A stretch of DNA of 59,293 bases from Limisphaerales bacterium (GCA_022616725.1 JAKEEH010000246.1:1-59293); one strand, 5' to 3'; shown: positions 19,014 to 27,698, numbered from the stretch's first letter. Notes: a model not told the origin generated them from the letters alone. Program-made: numbers and translations.

Positions 19014-21199
19014 TTGGAGCGGCTGAATCGTTGACTCAAAAATGTTTCACCGGCCGCAACCATCAGCGCCCCGAGGATGATCGGCAGCCAGAACTCAACG
19101 CCGGTCCGCCCCCGCTCGACGACGCCCTTCAGAGTGAAGCCGGGCGTCCATGTGAGGACGTTGGCCACCGTCTTCAGGTTCGCAATCTGGCCGGTCGTCA
19201 GTTCGTCCATGCTCGATTCGGCGGGATCAGACTGCGCCGCAAATTTCAGCGTGTGCGGCGGATCGGCAAAATTGACGTCATACCCGCCGGCAAAATCAGT
19301 TTTGTCATAGGTCAGGACCGGCAAGCCGTTGACCAGATCAACGCGGCGGGTTTCGCGCAACGCCTCCGTATGGCCGGGCCGCAGAATCGCCGCCTCTTTC
19401 TCCAGCAGTTCCGTGCTCATGCGCCGGAAAAGCGGCGCGCCCACGCGAACATTCAGGCCTTCGTCCTGGCGTTGCACGATTGAGCCGAGCGCGCGATGGA
19501 CCAGCGGCACAAATGAGAGGCGCACGGGCAGGTCGTTCCAGGCGGTGTCCGCGGTGCTGCTGAAGAGCAGGACGCGGCCCAGTCCCCAATTGCGCTGCGC
19601 CACGGCCACCGCGCCGTCGGCGTATTTGAGAATGATTTCCGGCTCGCCCGCATCCTGGCTGCGGGCCGAACGCGTTGCCGTCTTTTCCGGCGCGGGAATT
19701 TCCAGCGGAAGGGCGCGGTAAAAGCGGGCCGAAGCCAGGTTCCCGGCGGCGGGGTCATTCCATAGAGCGACCAGGGGATGCTGATAATCCTTCTCCTGCA
19801 GGACAGAAAACTTTTCGTCCTGGTCGGCTTCGCCGCGAGCGCGGGCGAAGGCGCCGGGAAGAAGCTGATGGCGCTGGAACAGTTGTTCGTTATGAAAGGC
19901 GATTTGCGTCCGCCCGCCAGGGAAAATCATCAGGCCCCCGCCGCGGCGAAGGTACTGTTGCAGCCGCGAGACGACCGCCGCCGAAAAATCCGGCACGTTC
20001 GCGAGGATGACGGCGTCAAAATCGTCCAGGCGGGCCGACGCGAGTTCCGGCGTCGTAACGGTCGAGGTTTTGATGAAATAGCTTTCCGCCTGTTCAGCCG
20101 GGACGGGGACGAGGGCATTGCGGAGGAAATACACTTCGCTTTCGCGCGGCTCCGCGCCGGGTTCGCCATCGACCAGCAGCACGCGCACTTCTTTGATCGC
20201 GCGCACAGCAATCGTGCGCCGGTCATCCGCCGGCTGGCGGTCGTCCGGCACGCGCGCGGTGACATAATGAAATCCTTCGGAGCGCAATTTGGCGAAAAGG
20301 GAGATGCTGCGCGCGCTGCCGGGCGGGAGCGAGTCAATGGTAAACTCGTCGCTCGGCGGATCGGCATCGACGGCCAGGCCGACGCGCACATTGCGGACCT
20401 CCTCGCGGCCGAAGTTGCTGACCTGCACTTCAAAGCGCAGGGGCTGAGCGGCCGGGGAAAGGCCGCTGGCGAGCCGCAGCCCGCTGAGAGCGATATTTCG
20501 TTCTTCGTGCTCGCTGACCAGCACAATATGCGTTTTGATTTCGCTTTTGACGCGTTCGAGCGCCTGCTGCGCGTCCACCAACTGCGCCCAGCCGGCGGCC
20601 TGGCCGTCGGTGACCAGGTAAATCTCCTTGCGCAAGGCGAGGCGGTCCTGAAGGATGTCAATCGCTTTGTTGATGGCCGGAAACAAATCCGTGGCGCGGT
20701 CGCTCCGCGGGGCCTCGCGCACGGTTCTGCGGGCGAGATTGAGGTCAAAGGTGGGCTCGGCGATGGCCCCGCGCACAATGTCTGAGGCGAAGAGCACGGC
20801 GGTGGCGGACCCTGCGGGCATGGATTCAATGGCTTGTTCGGCGGCGCGGCGCGCCTTCTCGAAGCGGGCCTGAGCGCCGTCAGTGACGGCCATGCTGGCG
20901 GAATTGTCGAGGATGACGACCGCGGTCACCCTGGACTGGCCGAACGCGTCCGAAGCGCTGGAGAGCAGCGCGGGGCGCGCCAGCGCCAGCGCGAGCAGGA
21001 TCAGCAGCAGGCAACGCAACGCCAGCAGGATCATGTCCTCGATCTTCATGCGCCGTTGATTCTGCTCGACGCTGATGCGCAGGAATCGCATCGCCGCCCA
21101 AACGACCTTTTGAAACCGGCGGCGGTTGAGCAGGTGAATGATGATCGGCACCGAGACCGCAGCCAGACCGAAGAGCATGATGGGGTTGAGGAAGGACAC
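19010..21199 (-). CDS. BatA-N-terminal-domain + vWA-domain membrane protein
   Basis: (GTG)SFLNPIMLFGLAAVSVPIIIHLLNRRR is the aerotolerance-regulator (BatA) N-terminal signature. It also carries the vWA MIDAS motif VILDNSASMAV. Confidence 0.8.
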   Translation of the reverse strand: MSFLNPIMLFGLAAVSVPIIIHLLNRRRFQKVVWAAMRFLRISVEQNQRRMKIEDMILLALRCLLLILLALALARPALLSSASDAFGQSRVTAVVILDNSASMAVTDGAQARFEKARRAAEQAIESMPAGSATAVLFASDIVRGAIAEPTFDLNLARRTVREAPRSDRATDLFPAINKAIDILQDRLALRKEIYLVTDGQAAGWAQLVDAQQALERVKSEIKTHIVLVSEHEERNIALSGLRLASGLSPAAQPLRFEVQVSNFGREEVRNVRVGLAVDADPPSDEFTIDSLPPGSARSISLFAKLRSEGFHYVTARVPDDRQPADDRRTIAVRAIKEVRVLLVDGEPGAEPRESEVYFLRNALVPVPAEQAESYFIKTSTVTTPELASARLDDFDAVILANVPDFSAAVVSRLQQYLRRGGGLMIFPGGRTQIAFHNEQLFQRHQLLPGAFARARGEADQDEKFSVLQEKDYQHPLVALWNDPAAGNLASARFYRALPLEIPAPEKTATRSARSQDAGEPEIILKYADGAVAVAQRNWGLGRVLLFSSTADTAWNDLPVRLSFVPLVHRALGSIVQRQDEGLNVRVGAPLFRRMSTELLEKEAAILRPGHTEALRETRRVDLVNGLPVLTYDKTDFAGGYDVNFADPPHTLKFAAQSDPAESSMDELTTGQIANLKTVANVLTWTPGFTLKGVVERGRTGVEFWLPIILGALMVAAGETFLSQRFSRSK

Positions 21200-21207
21200 G
21201 GGGAATC

Positions 21208-21235
21208 AATTGACGATTGACGATTGACGATTGGC
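21208..21235. repeat. Heptanucleotide array (AATTGAC GATTGAC GATTGAC GATTGGC) in the DUF58-BatA intercistronic spacer
   Basis: Direct reading, 9 nt from the GTG start at 21199. The rest of the spacer (21251-21282) carries AATCGTAAAT x2, partly complementary to the array. Confidence 0.85.
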
Positions 21236-21282
21236 AAACTTGGCAACAAGCAATCCCAAATCGTAAATCCTCAATCGTAAAT

Positions 21283-22197
21283 TCATTGCGTCGTCGTGCG
21301 CAGCCGGAAACCCAGATAGGCGCTGAGCACTTCGTGCAGCGGGTGGCTGGTGTTGACCCGCACGTAGTGGCAATGGTTGCGCTCGCAGCCATCGCGCAGG
21401 CGGGCGCAAAACCCCTCCACTTCCCGCAAGTAACTTTTGCGAATCTCACTCGGGCGTGTCAGGATTTTCGGGACGTTTTCCAGCCCCTCGAACTCCACCA
21501 GGCCCAGGAACGGGAATTCCAGCTCATGCGGGTCCAGCGTGTGGAAGACAATCACCTCGTTGCCGCCGAAGCGCAGGTGTTGAATGCCATCGAGCACGGC
21601 CTGCTCGTCGTCAAAGAAATCGCTGATGATGATCACGATCCCTTTGCGCCGCGTCTGGCGGGCCATATCGTGCAACACCGCGCCGATGTTGGTTTGTGCC
21701 CTGGGCTCGAACGCCGCCAGGCGCGCGACCAGGTTATGGATCATCGCCTTATTGTCTGTGCGCGGCGCATAATCGCGCAGCGCCGTGTCGAACAGCCCCA
21801 GCGCCGCCGCGTCCCGCTGATGCAGGATCAGGTAGGCCAGGCACGCCGCCATCATCTTCCCGTAGTGCAGCTTGCTCAGCCGGCCCGAGCCGTATTTCAT
21901 CGACTCGCTGCCGTCCAGCAGGAGGTGCGCAACATAATTGGTCTCCTGCTCGTATTGCTTGATGTAATAACGGTCCGTGCGCCCGAGGACCTTCCAGTCC
22001 AGATGCCGCGTATCGTCCCCGTGCGTATATTCCCGATGCTGGGCAAACTCGACGGCAAAACCCCGGTAAGGCGACTTATGTTCCCCGGCCATGTAACCCT
22101 CCACGACATAGCGGGCGTGCAGCCCCAGCGCCTCGGCTTTGGAGATCGCCTCGGGGTCCAGCAGCGTTTCAGGGGGCGGACGGCTCACAACGTTCAT
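21283..22197 (-). CDS. DUF58 domain-containing protein
   Basis: FAQHREYTHGDDTRHLDWKVLGRTDRYYIKQYEQETN is the DUF58 signature. It holds the usual position downstream of moxR. Confidence 0.85.
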   Translation of the reverse strand: MNVVSRPPPETLLDPEAISKAEALGLHARYVVEGYMAGEHKSPYRGFAVEFAQHREYTHGDDTRHLDWKVLGRTDRYYIKQYEQETNYVAHLLLDGSESMKYGSGRLSKLHYGKMMAACLAYLILHQRDAAALGLFDTALRDYAPRTDNKAMIHNLVARLAAFEPRAQTNIGAVLHDMARQTRRKGIVIIISDFFDDEQAVLDGIQHLRFGGNEVIVFHTLDPHELEFPFLGLVEFEGLENVPKILTRPSEIRKSYLREVEGFCARLRDGCERNHCHYVRVNTSHPLHEVLSAYLGFRLRTTTQ

Positions 22198-22203
22198 GCC
22201 CTG

Positions 22204-22386
22204 GGAGAATGACTAATGTCGAATGACGAAATCCTAAGGGAAATAAGAAATCCGAAGCCCGAATGCCGAAGCACGAAAGAAATCCGAAGCTCGAATGACG
22301 ACTTTCGGGCTTCGGGATTGGGGCTTCCTTCGGAGTTCGGAATTCGGGCTTCGGAATTGATTTCGTCATTCGTCCTTCGTCCTGCG
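22204..22386. repeat. 183-bp palindromic CCGAA/TTCGG-rich element with GGGAGAATGAC head, inserted between moxR and the DUF58 gene
   Basis: The left half (gaatgacgaaatcc...gaaatccgaagcccgaatgccgaag...) is complementary to the right half (...cttcggagttcggaattcgggcttcggaattgatttcgtcattcg). The head is identical to the elements at 28189 and 28719. Confidence 0.85.
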
Positions 22387-23433
22387 TCATTTCAACTTCT
22401 CATCCCTGGGGACGGAGTCGAGGATGCGGCGGGTGATGTCGTCGGGGGTCACCGCTTCGCTCTGGGCGGCGAAGTTGGGGATAATGCGATGGCGGAAAAT
22501 GGGCAGGGCGACCGCAGCAACGTCCCCGCAACTGACGTAATATTCGCCGCGCAACATCGCCCGGGCCTTGGCCGCGAGGATCAGGTTCAGCCCGGCGCGT
22601 GGGCCCGCGCCCCACGTGAGCCATTTTTGGCAGAACTCCAGCGCCTCGGCGGATTTGGGCCGGGTGACGCGCACCAGGCGTTGGGCGTAGGCATAGACGT
22701 GATCGGCGACGGGCATGCGGCGCACGAGCTGTTGCAGGGCGAGGATTTGTTCCTGGGTCAGGACCGCTTCGGGCGCGGCCGGGGGCAGGCCGGTGGCCAT
22801 TTTCATGATCTGCAGCTCCTCGGCGTCGCTGGGGTAATCGACGGCGATCATGAACATGAACCGGTCGAGCTGGGCCTCGGGCAGGGGGTAGGTGCCCTCC
22901 TGTTCGATGGGGTTCTGGGTGGCCAGGACGAAGAAGGGCTCGGGCAAGGGATGGCTGGCGCCGCCGGCGGTGACCTTGCGTTCCTGCATCGCTTCGAGCA
23001 TCGCGGCCTGGGTTTTGGGGGGCGTGCGGTTGATTTCATCGGCCAGGATCATGTGGGCGAAGATCGGCCCCTTGAGGAAACGGAACTGGCGCTGGTTGGT
23101 GGCCGGGTCCTGGTAAATGACCTCGGTGCCGGTGATGTCGCTGGGCATGAGGTCGGGGGTGAACTGGATGCGCTTGAAGGAAAGGGCCAGGGTCTGGGCG
23201 AGGGTCGAGACCAGGAGGGTCTTGGCCAGGCCGGGCACGCCCACCAGCAACGCGTGGCTGCGGGTGAGGATGGCGATGAGCACCTGGTCCACGACTTCTT
23301 CCTGGCCGACGATCACTTTGCCCAGCTCGGCTTTGATCCGGGCGCAAGCGGCCTTGAGCTGCTGCACGGCCTGGAGGTCATGGTCGGCGGCGGGGCGGGG
23401 CTTTTGCGGCCCTGCGACAGTAGTAGTATTCAT
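22387..23433 (-). CDS. moxR: MoxR-family AAA+ ATPase
   Basis: VIVGQEEVVDQVLIAILTRSHALLVGVPGLAKTLLV (Walker A) and FKRIQFTPDLMPSDITG match MoxR. ATG 23433 (MNTTTVAG...) is preferred. Confidence 0.9.
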   Translation of the reverse strand: MNTTTVAGPQKPRPAADHDLQAVQQLKAACARIKAELGKVIVGQEEVVDQVLIAILTRSHALLVGVPGLAKTLLVSTLAQTLALSFKRIQFTPDLMPSDITGTEVIYQDPATNQRQFRFLKGPIFAHMILADEINRTPPKTQAAMLEAMQERKVTAGGASHPLPEPFFVLATQNPIEQEGTYPLPEAQLDRFMFMIAVDYPSDAEELQIMKMATGLPPAAPEAVLTQEQILALQQLVRRMPVADHVYAYAQRLVRVTRPKSAEALEFCQKWLTWGAGPRAGLNLILAAKARAMLRGEYYVSCGDVAAVALPIFRHRIIPNFAAQSEAVTPDDITRRILDSVPRDEKLK

Positions 23434-23613
23434 CAATGGCTTTCGACAATCCCACCCCTGCTCGCGGCGGCTCTGCAAAGCTCGCGCCGGACGGGTACGG
23501 GCGCGAGCATTTCACACGAACGGCGAGGCAATAGCGATAAAAAACAGCGCGGCATTCTGAATTTCTGTCCAGAACGCGGCTGCATTCGTGAGGAAAGGGA
23601 TTGGTTGCGGCAC

Positions 23614-23692
23614 AATTGACAATTGACGACTGACGATTGGCAATTGAGAGGGGGTTGGAAATCGGAAATTGAAAATTGGCAATTGGCAATTC
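23614..23692. repeat. Two blocks of heptanucleotide repeats (AATTGAC-type x5, then GAAATCG/GAAATTG/GCAATTG-type x5)
   Basis: Direct reading of the spacer between the moxR start and the stop of the Cys-rich repeat gene. Confidence 0.85.
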
Positions 23693-23694
23693 GA

Positions 23695-26600
23695 TCAGGG
23701 CGCGGTCAGCCGGTAAAGGCGGGTGGCGTGGTTGGTGGCGCTGGTATCGGTGAAGAGGGCTGAGCCGGTGGCCCCAATGGTGATGCTGGCCAGGTCAGTC
23801 CAGTCCAGGAGGTTGGCGGAGGCTTGCAGTGTGTAGGAAAACATGGGCGGGCCGTTGAGAATTGCCAATTGCCAGTTGCCAGTTCCGAATGGGGAGATGG
23901 CCAGTCGAGGCGGGGGCGGCGCCGGGTAGTCTGCGACAATGGTTAGGGCGCCTCTGGCGGCGGCGTAACCGCCCGACAAGATCCAGTACGTTTGCCCGCC
24001 GACGCCGGGGAACTGGATGCTGGCGCGGTTACTGGAGCAGATCGGGCCGAAGTCGTCGTTGCAGCCGCCGGGAACTGGCGTCAGGGCGTTGCAAGTGCCG
24101 CTGAAAACCTGCAGAACCGTGTCAAAGCTGCTCTCGCACGTATCCACGCTTATCATCCCGTCGGCTGCCGGAGTTAGAACGAACCAGACGCCGCCCCCAA
24201 AATTCGTCCGGCATGCCGGCGGGACGTCGCCGCCCCGTTCGGCAAAGAACGTGTCCAGGGTTACGGGAAACCTGGGTTGCAGTATCACGGCGCCGACACA
24301 GCCGTCATTCGCCGGCGGCATAGGGTCTGCCACGATTTTCAGTGTCCCACGCGCGCCGAATGAGCCTCCGGCGAGAATCCAATACGTTGTCCCTCCAATG
24401 CCAGGGAACTGCACGCCGGCCAGTTGAGTGCAGAGTTGAGAGTTGAGAGGTAGGGTCGGCGGCCCGCTCGAATCGTTGCAGCCCCCGGCCACGGGCGTGA
24501 GCGCATCGCACGAGCCGGCATAAACCTGCAACACGGTATCGAAGTCGCTTCCGCACGTGCTGATCGTGACCGGGCCGTCGCTCATTGGCGTGAAGCTGAA
24601 CCAGACGCCGCCGCCGAAATTCGTCTGGCAGGTGGGCCGGAGATCGCCGCTGTCTGTCGCATTCCTCGTGCTCATGCTAATGGGCAGGCCGGGGGACAAA
24701 GGGATTGCGCCGCTGCATTCGTCATTGGGCAGGGCCGGTCCAAGCACTTCAGCCATGAGGTTCAGGTTTCCTCCCGCGCCGCCGAAATGGCCCGCCAGAA
24801 TCCAGTAAGTTACGTCGCGCGCGCCGACGGATTGCGTGCTGGCCTGGAATCCCACACACCCGGGGCCGCTATCATCGTTACAGCCACCGGGCACGGGAGT
24901 GAGCGCCCCGCCGATTCCGCCATCGACCGAACTGCCGACGGGGGCCGCGAGGGTTGAATCGGCGGGGCAAGGTCCAGCGAACACCTGAACGATCGTGTCA
25001 AAGTCGCTGCCGCACGTGCTCACGCGCACCACGCCATCGCTCTGTGGCGTGAACGTGAACCAGACCCCGCCCCCAATCGAAGCGCTACACGTGGGTGGCG
25101 GGTCGCCGGTGGCAGTTGCGTCGATGGTGCTCATCGCAAGTGGGACGCCTTGTTGCAACGCGATGGCCCCCACGCATTGATCGTTGGCGAGAACGGGCGT
25201 CATCTGCGCAAGGATGTTCAATCGGCCGCGGCTGCCGTGGGCGCCTGCGGCGAAGATCCAGTAAGTCGCGTTTGACGCGCCCGTAAACTGCACGCTGGCC
25301 TGGAAACCCGCGCAGAGCGGCCCGTTATTATCGTTGCAACCACCGCCGACGGGCATCAACCCGCCGCAGTCACCGGCGTAAGCCTGCACGATCGTGTCAA
25401 AGTCGCTGCCGCATGTGCTGATCTTTACGACGCCATTCATGGCAGGCGTGAACGTGAACCAAACACCGCCACCTGGCTCCGTTGCACACGTTGGTGTCGG
25501 ATCACCGGTTTCCGTGGCATAAGCCGTGTTCATTTCGAATGGCATGTCCGGCTGCAGTGTAATCGCGCCGGCACATTGATCGTTCGGAAGCGCCGGCGTC
25601 AGCGTGACAAGGATATTGAGCATGCCCCTTGCGTCGGCATAGCCCCCGGCAAGAATCCAATACGTCAATCCACTCGTAGCGGCAAACCTCAGGCTCGCCT
25701 GCACTCCGCCACACGCTGGACCGCCAAGATCATTGCAGGCGCCGGTCAGCGGCGTAAGACTGTCGCAATCGCCGCCGTACACTTGCAGAACTGTGTCGAA
25801 ATCGCTGCCGCAAGTGTTCACAGTAACAACGCCATTGCCGCCCGGCGTAAACCTAAACCAGACTCCGCCGCCAAAAACACTCGCACAGACCGGTCCGGGA
25901 TCTCCCGTGCCAGTGGCGTTCGTCGTGCTCATCATGAAGGGCACATCCGCCTGTAGCGCCACCGCGCCGCTACATTGATCGTTCGGTATCGCTGGAATCT
26001 GCGTAGTAGTAATTCTCAGAGTTCCCCGTGTCTCATTGGCGCCGCCGGCGAGCACCCAATAGGTCACCCCGCTGGAGCCGAGGAACTGCACACTCGCGGC
26101 CAAACCAGCGCAAGACGGTCCGTCGTCGTCATTGCAAGCTTCGGAAACCGCACTCAGCGCGTCACAACTGCCGCTGTAAACCGCCAACGCCGTGTCAAAA
26201 TCACTGCCGCACGTGCTTAACCTCACAACCCCGTTGCTCGAAGGCGTAACCTTGAACCATACGCCGCCAAATGTGCTTGCGCACGGCGGAATGGGATCGT
26301 CCGTTTGTGTCGCATTGGCTGTGCTCATCGTAAACTCCGTGCCGGGTTCGAGTGCGATCGCGCCATGGCACCGATCGTTGCTCAACTCCGCCGTCATGCT
26401 CGCCACGATGTGGAGAGTTCCCGCCTCCGCCGTGGAGCCACCGGCCAGAATCCGATAGGTCACGCCAGCCATCCCGAGAAATTGCGCGCTGGCTTGAAAC
26501 TCCGGGCACGCTGGACCGCCGTCGTCGTTGCAGCCGCCGACCACCGGCGTGAGCGCGCCGCAATCACTCGTGTAAACCTGCAGCACGGTATCAAAGTCGC

Positions 26601-26943
26601 TTCCGCACGTGCTCACTCGCACCACTCCGTTGCTCGGCGGCGTGAAGCTGAACCAGACCCCGCGGCCAAATGCCAGGCCGCATGCCGGCGCGGCATCGCC
26701 CGTGTCCGTTGCGTTCGTCGTGCTGGTGATGACAGGCTCTCCGGCCTGCAACGCAGTGGCTCCGCCACATTGATCATTCGCAGGTTGCGCCCGCGTTTCG
26801 ATATTCCCACCCACCAGCGCCGCACAGAGGAAGAATGATCCGCCCCAAATGGGACGATCAGAAACCCGAACCTTCGTTGAGAAATCGTAGCGCACCGGTA
26901 CGAAGAGAAGCATCGCCACCCGTTTCGCGGCGGACAAAAGCAC
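23695..26943 (-). CDS. Large secreted protein: seven tandem roughly 130-aa Cys-rich domains + short C-terminal module
   Basis: The repeated pattern is NDxCxGA..L....P......AT.TGD..P.C......GVWF.FTP..NGVV.(V/I)STCGSDFDT(V/I)LQVY.G.C..L.....CNDD.GP.C...QAS..F....G.TYWILAGG......G.L.I. The start is uncertain: GTG 26943 or ATG 26913. Confidence 0.75.
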   Translation of the reverse strand: MLLSAAKRVAMLLFVPVRYDFSTKVRVSDRPIWGGSFFLCAALVGGNIETRAQPANDQCGGATALQAGEPVITSTTNATDTGDAAPACGLAFGRGVWFSFTPPSNGVVRVSTCGSDFDTVLQVYTSDCGALTPVVGGCNDDGGPACPEFQASAQFLGMAGVTYRILAGGSTAEAGTLHIVASMTAELSNDRCHGAIALEPGTEFTMSTANATQTDDPIPPCASTFGGVWFKVTPSSNGVVRLSTCGSDFDTALAVYSGSCDALSAVSEACNDDDGPSCAGLAASVQFLGSSGVTYWVLAGGANETRGTLRITTTQIPAIPNDQCSGAVALQADVPFMMSTTNATGTGDPGPVCASVFGGGVWFRFTPGGNGVVTVNTCGSDFDTVLQVYGGDCDSLTPLTGACNDLGGPACGGVQASLRFAATSGLTYWILAGGYADARGMLNILVTLTPALPNDQCAGAITLQPDMPFEMNTAYATETGDPTPTCATEPGGGVWFTFTPAMNGVVKISTCGSDFDTIVQAYAGDCGGLMPVGGGCNDNNGPLCAGFQASVQFTGASNATYWIFAAGAHGSRGRLNILAQMTPVLANDQCVGAIALQQGVPLAMSTIDATATGDPPPTCSASIGGGVWFTFTPQSDGVVRVSTCGSDFDTIVQVFAGPCPADSTLAAPVGSSVDGGIGGALTPVPGGCNDDSGPGCVGFQASTQSVGARDVTYWILAGHFGGAGGNLNLMAEVLGPALPNDECSGAIPLSPGLPISMSTRNATDSGDLRPTCQTNFGGGVWFSFTPMSDGPVTISTCGSDFDTVLQVYAGSCDALTPVAGGCNDSSGPPTLPLNSQLCTQLAGVQFPGIGGTTYWILAGGSFGARGTLKIVADPMPPANDGCVGAVILQPRFPVTLDTFFAERGGDVPPACRTNFGGGVWFVLTPAADGMISVDTCESSFDTVLQVFSGTCNALTPVPGGCNDDFGPICSSNRASIQFPGVGGQTYWILSGGYAAARGALTIVADYPAPPPPRLAISPFGTGNWQLAILNGPPMFSYTLQASANLLDWTDLASITIGATGSALFTDTSATNHATRLYRLTAP
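23920..26781 (-). repeat. Coding tandem repeat region (7 units of about 390 nt) within the Cys-rich protein gene
   Basis: Seven protein-level repeats were counted by eye. The repeat also shows in the antisense ORF track as the recurring peptide SKSLPHVL..TTP...GV.(V/L)NQTPPP. Confidence 0.8.
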
Positions 26944-26987
26944 AGGCGACGCGCAGTCGCCCGTGCTAATTACTGCTGGGCTGAGAC

Positions 26988-27698
26988 CTACGGAAGTTCT
27001 ATGTCTGGCGTTTTTATTAACCGAACTTCCTCGACCGTCATCGAGCCTTTTCCAACGAGGCCGCGTGCCGTAGCAGAGCCGGCTTGCGCCGTCGCACCGA
27101 GATTGATGCGTGCCTGCACTTCAATCAAGTGAACTCCGGGCGTCAGATCCTGCACGATGAAGTTAAACGCGTTGGCGTTCATCGTCTCGAGAATCAGTTC
27201 CAGTACTTCAGGTTCCACGCAATCGGGGTCAATGATAATGCCGCCGGTTACGGGATCGTTGGTCAGGCACCCATCGATCAACCCCTGGAACACAGCGGTG
27301 AGCGTCTGCGTCCTGCGGCCAAAGACCACCGTTCCAGGCAAGGCCGGCTCGCCATCGACCAGCACTTGCACCTGCACGCCTGCGGCGGCCAGGGCAGTGT
27401 CAGCCACTCCGTTCTTGCTCTTCACTTCCGTCCGTGTGAGTAGCCCGACTTCCAGCGAAACGCCAATGAACAAATCCTTTTGATTCGGCGTCTTCAGCGT
27501 GTTGCTGAGGATGGTCTGCCACGGCCCGATCGTTTCGGCGGCGGGCGAGGAGACTTCGCGCAACACGTTGATATTTCCGACCTTGGCCGTCGCTTTGGAT
27601 GACGGCTGGCTTTGCGCCAGGGCCGATGTAGTTGCTAGCACCGCGATTAAAGCACCCCCTAATGAACCCCTGATGACTTTGCTAACGGTATTGTTCAT
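26988..27698 (-). CDS. Secreted hypothetical protein, immediately upstream of and co-oriented with the Cys-rich repeat gene
   Basis: ATG 27698 gives MNNTVSKVIRGSLGGALIAVLATTSALAQS (signal peptide). The remainder is beta-rich. No family recognised. Confidence 0.6.
   Translation of the reverse strand: MNNTVSKVIRGSLGGALIAVLATTSALAQSQPSSKATAKVGNINVLREVSSPAAETIGPWQTILSNTLKTPNQKDLFIGVSLEVGLLTRTEVKSKNGVADTALAAAGVQVQVLVDGEPALPGTVVFGRRTQTLTAVFQGLIDGCLTNDPVTGGIIIDPDCVEPEVLELILETMNANAFNFIVQDLTPGVHLIEVQARINLGATAQAGSATARGLVGKGSMTVEEVRLIKTPDIELP

Noticed and set aside
21217-23619. Two long plus-strand ORFs (21217-22212 and 22216-23619)
   Set aside because: They lie antisense to the DUF58 and MoxR genes, whose signatures are unambiguous. 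They start and end in the repeat spacers and have Arg/Gly/His-rich, non-protein-like composition.
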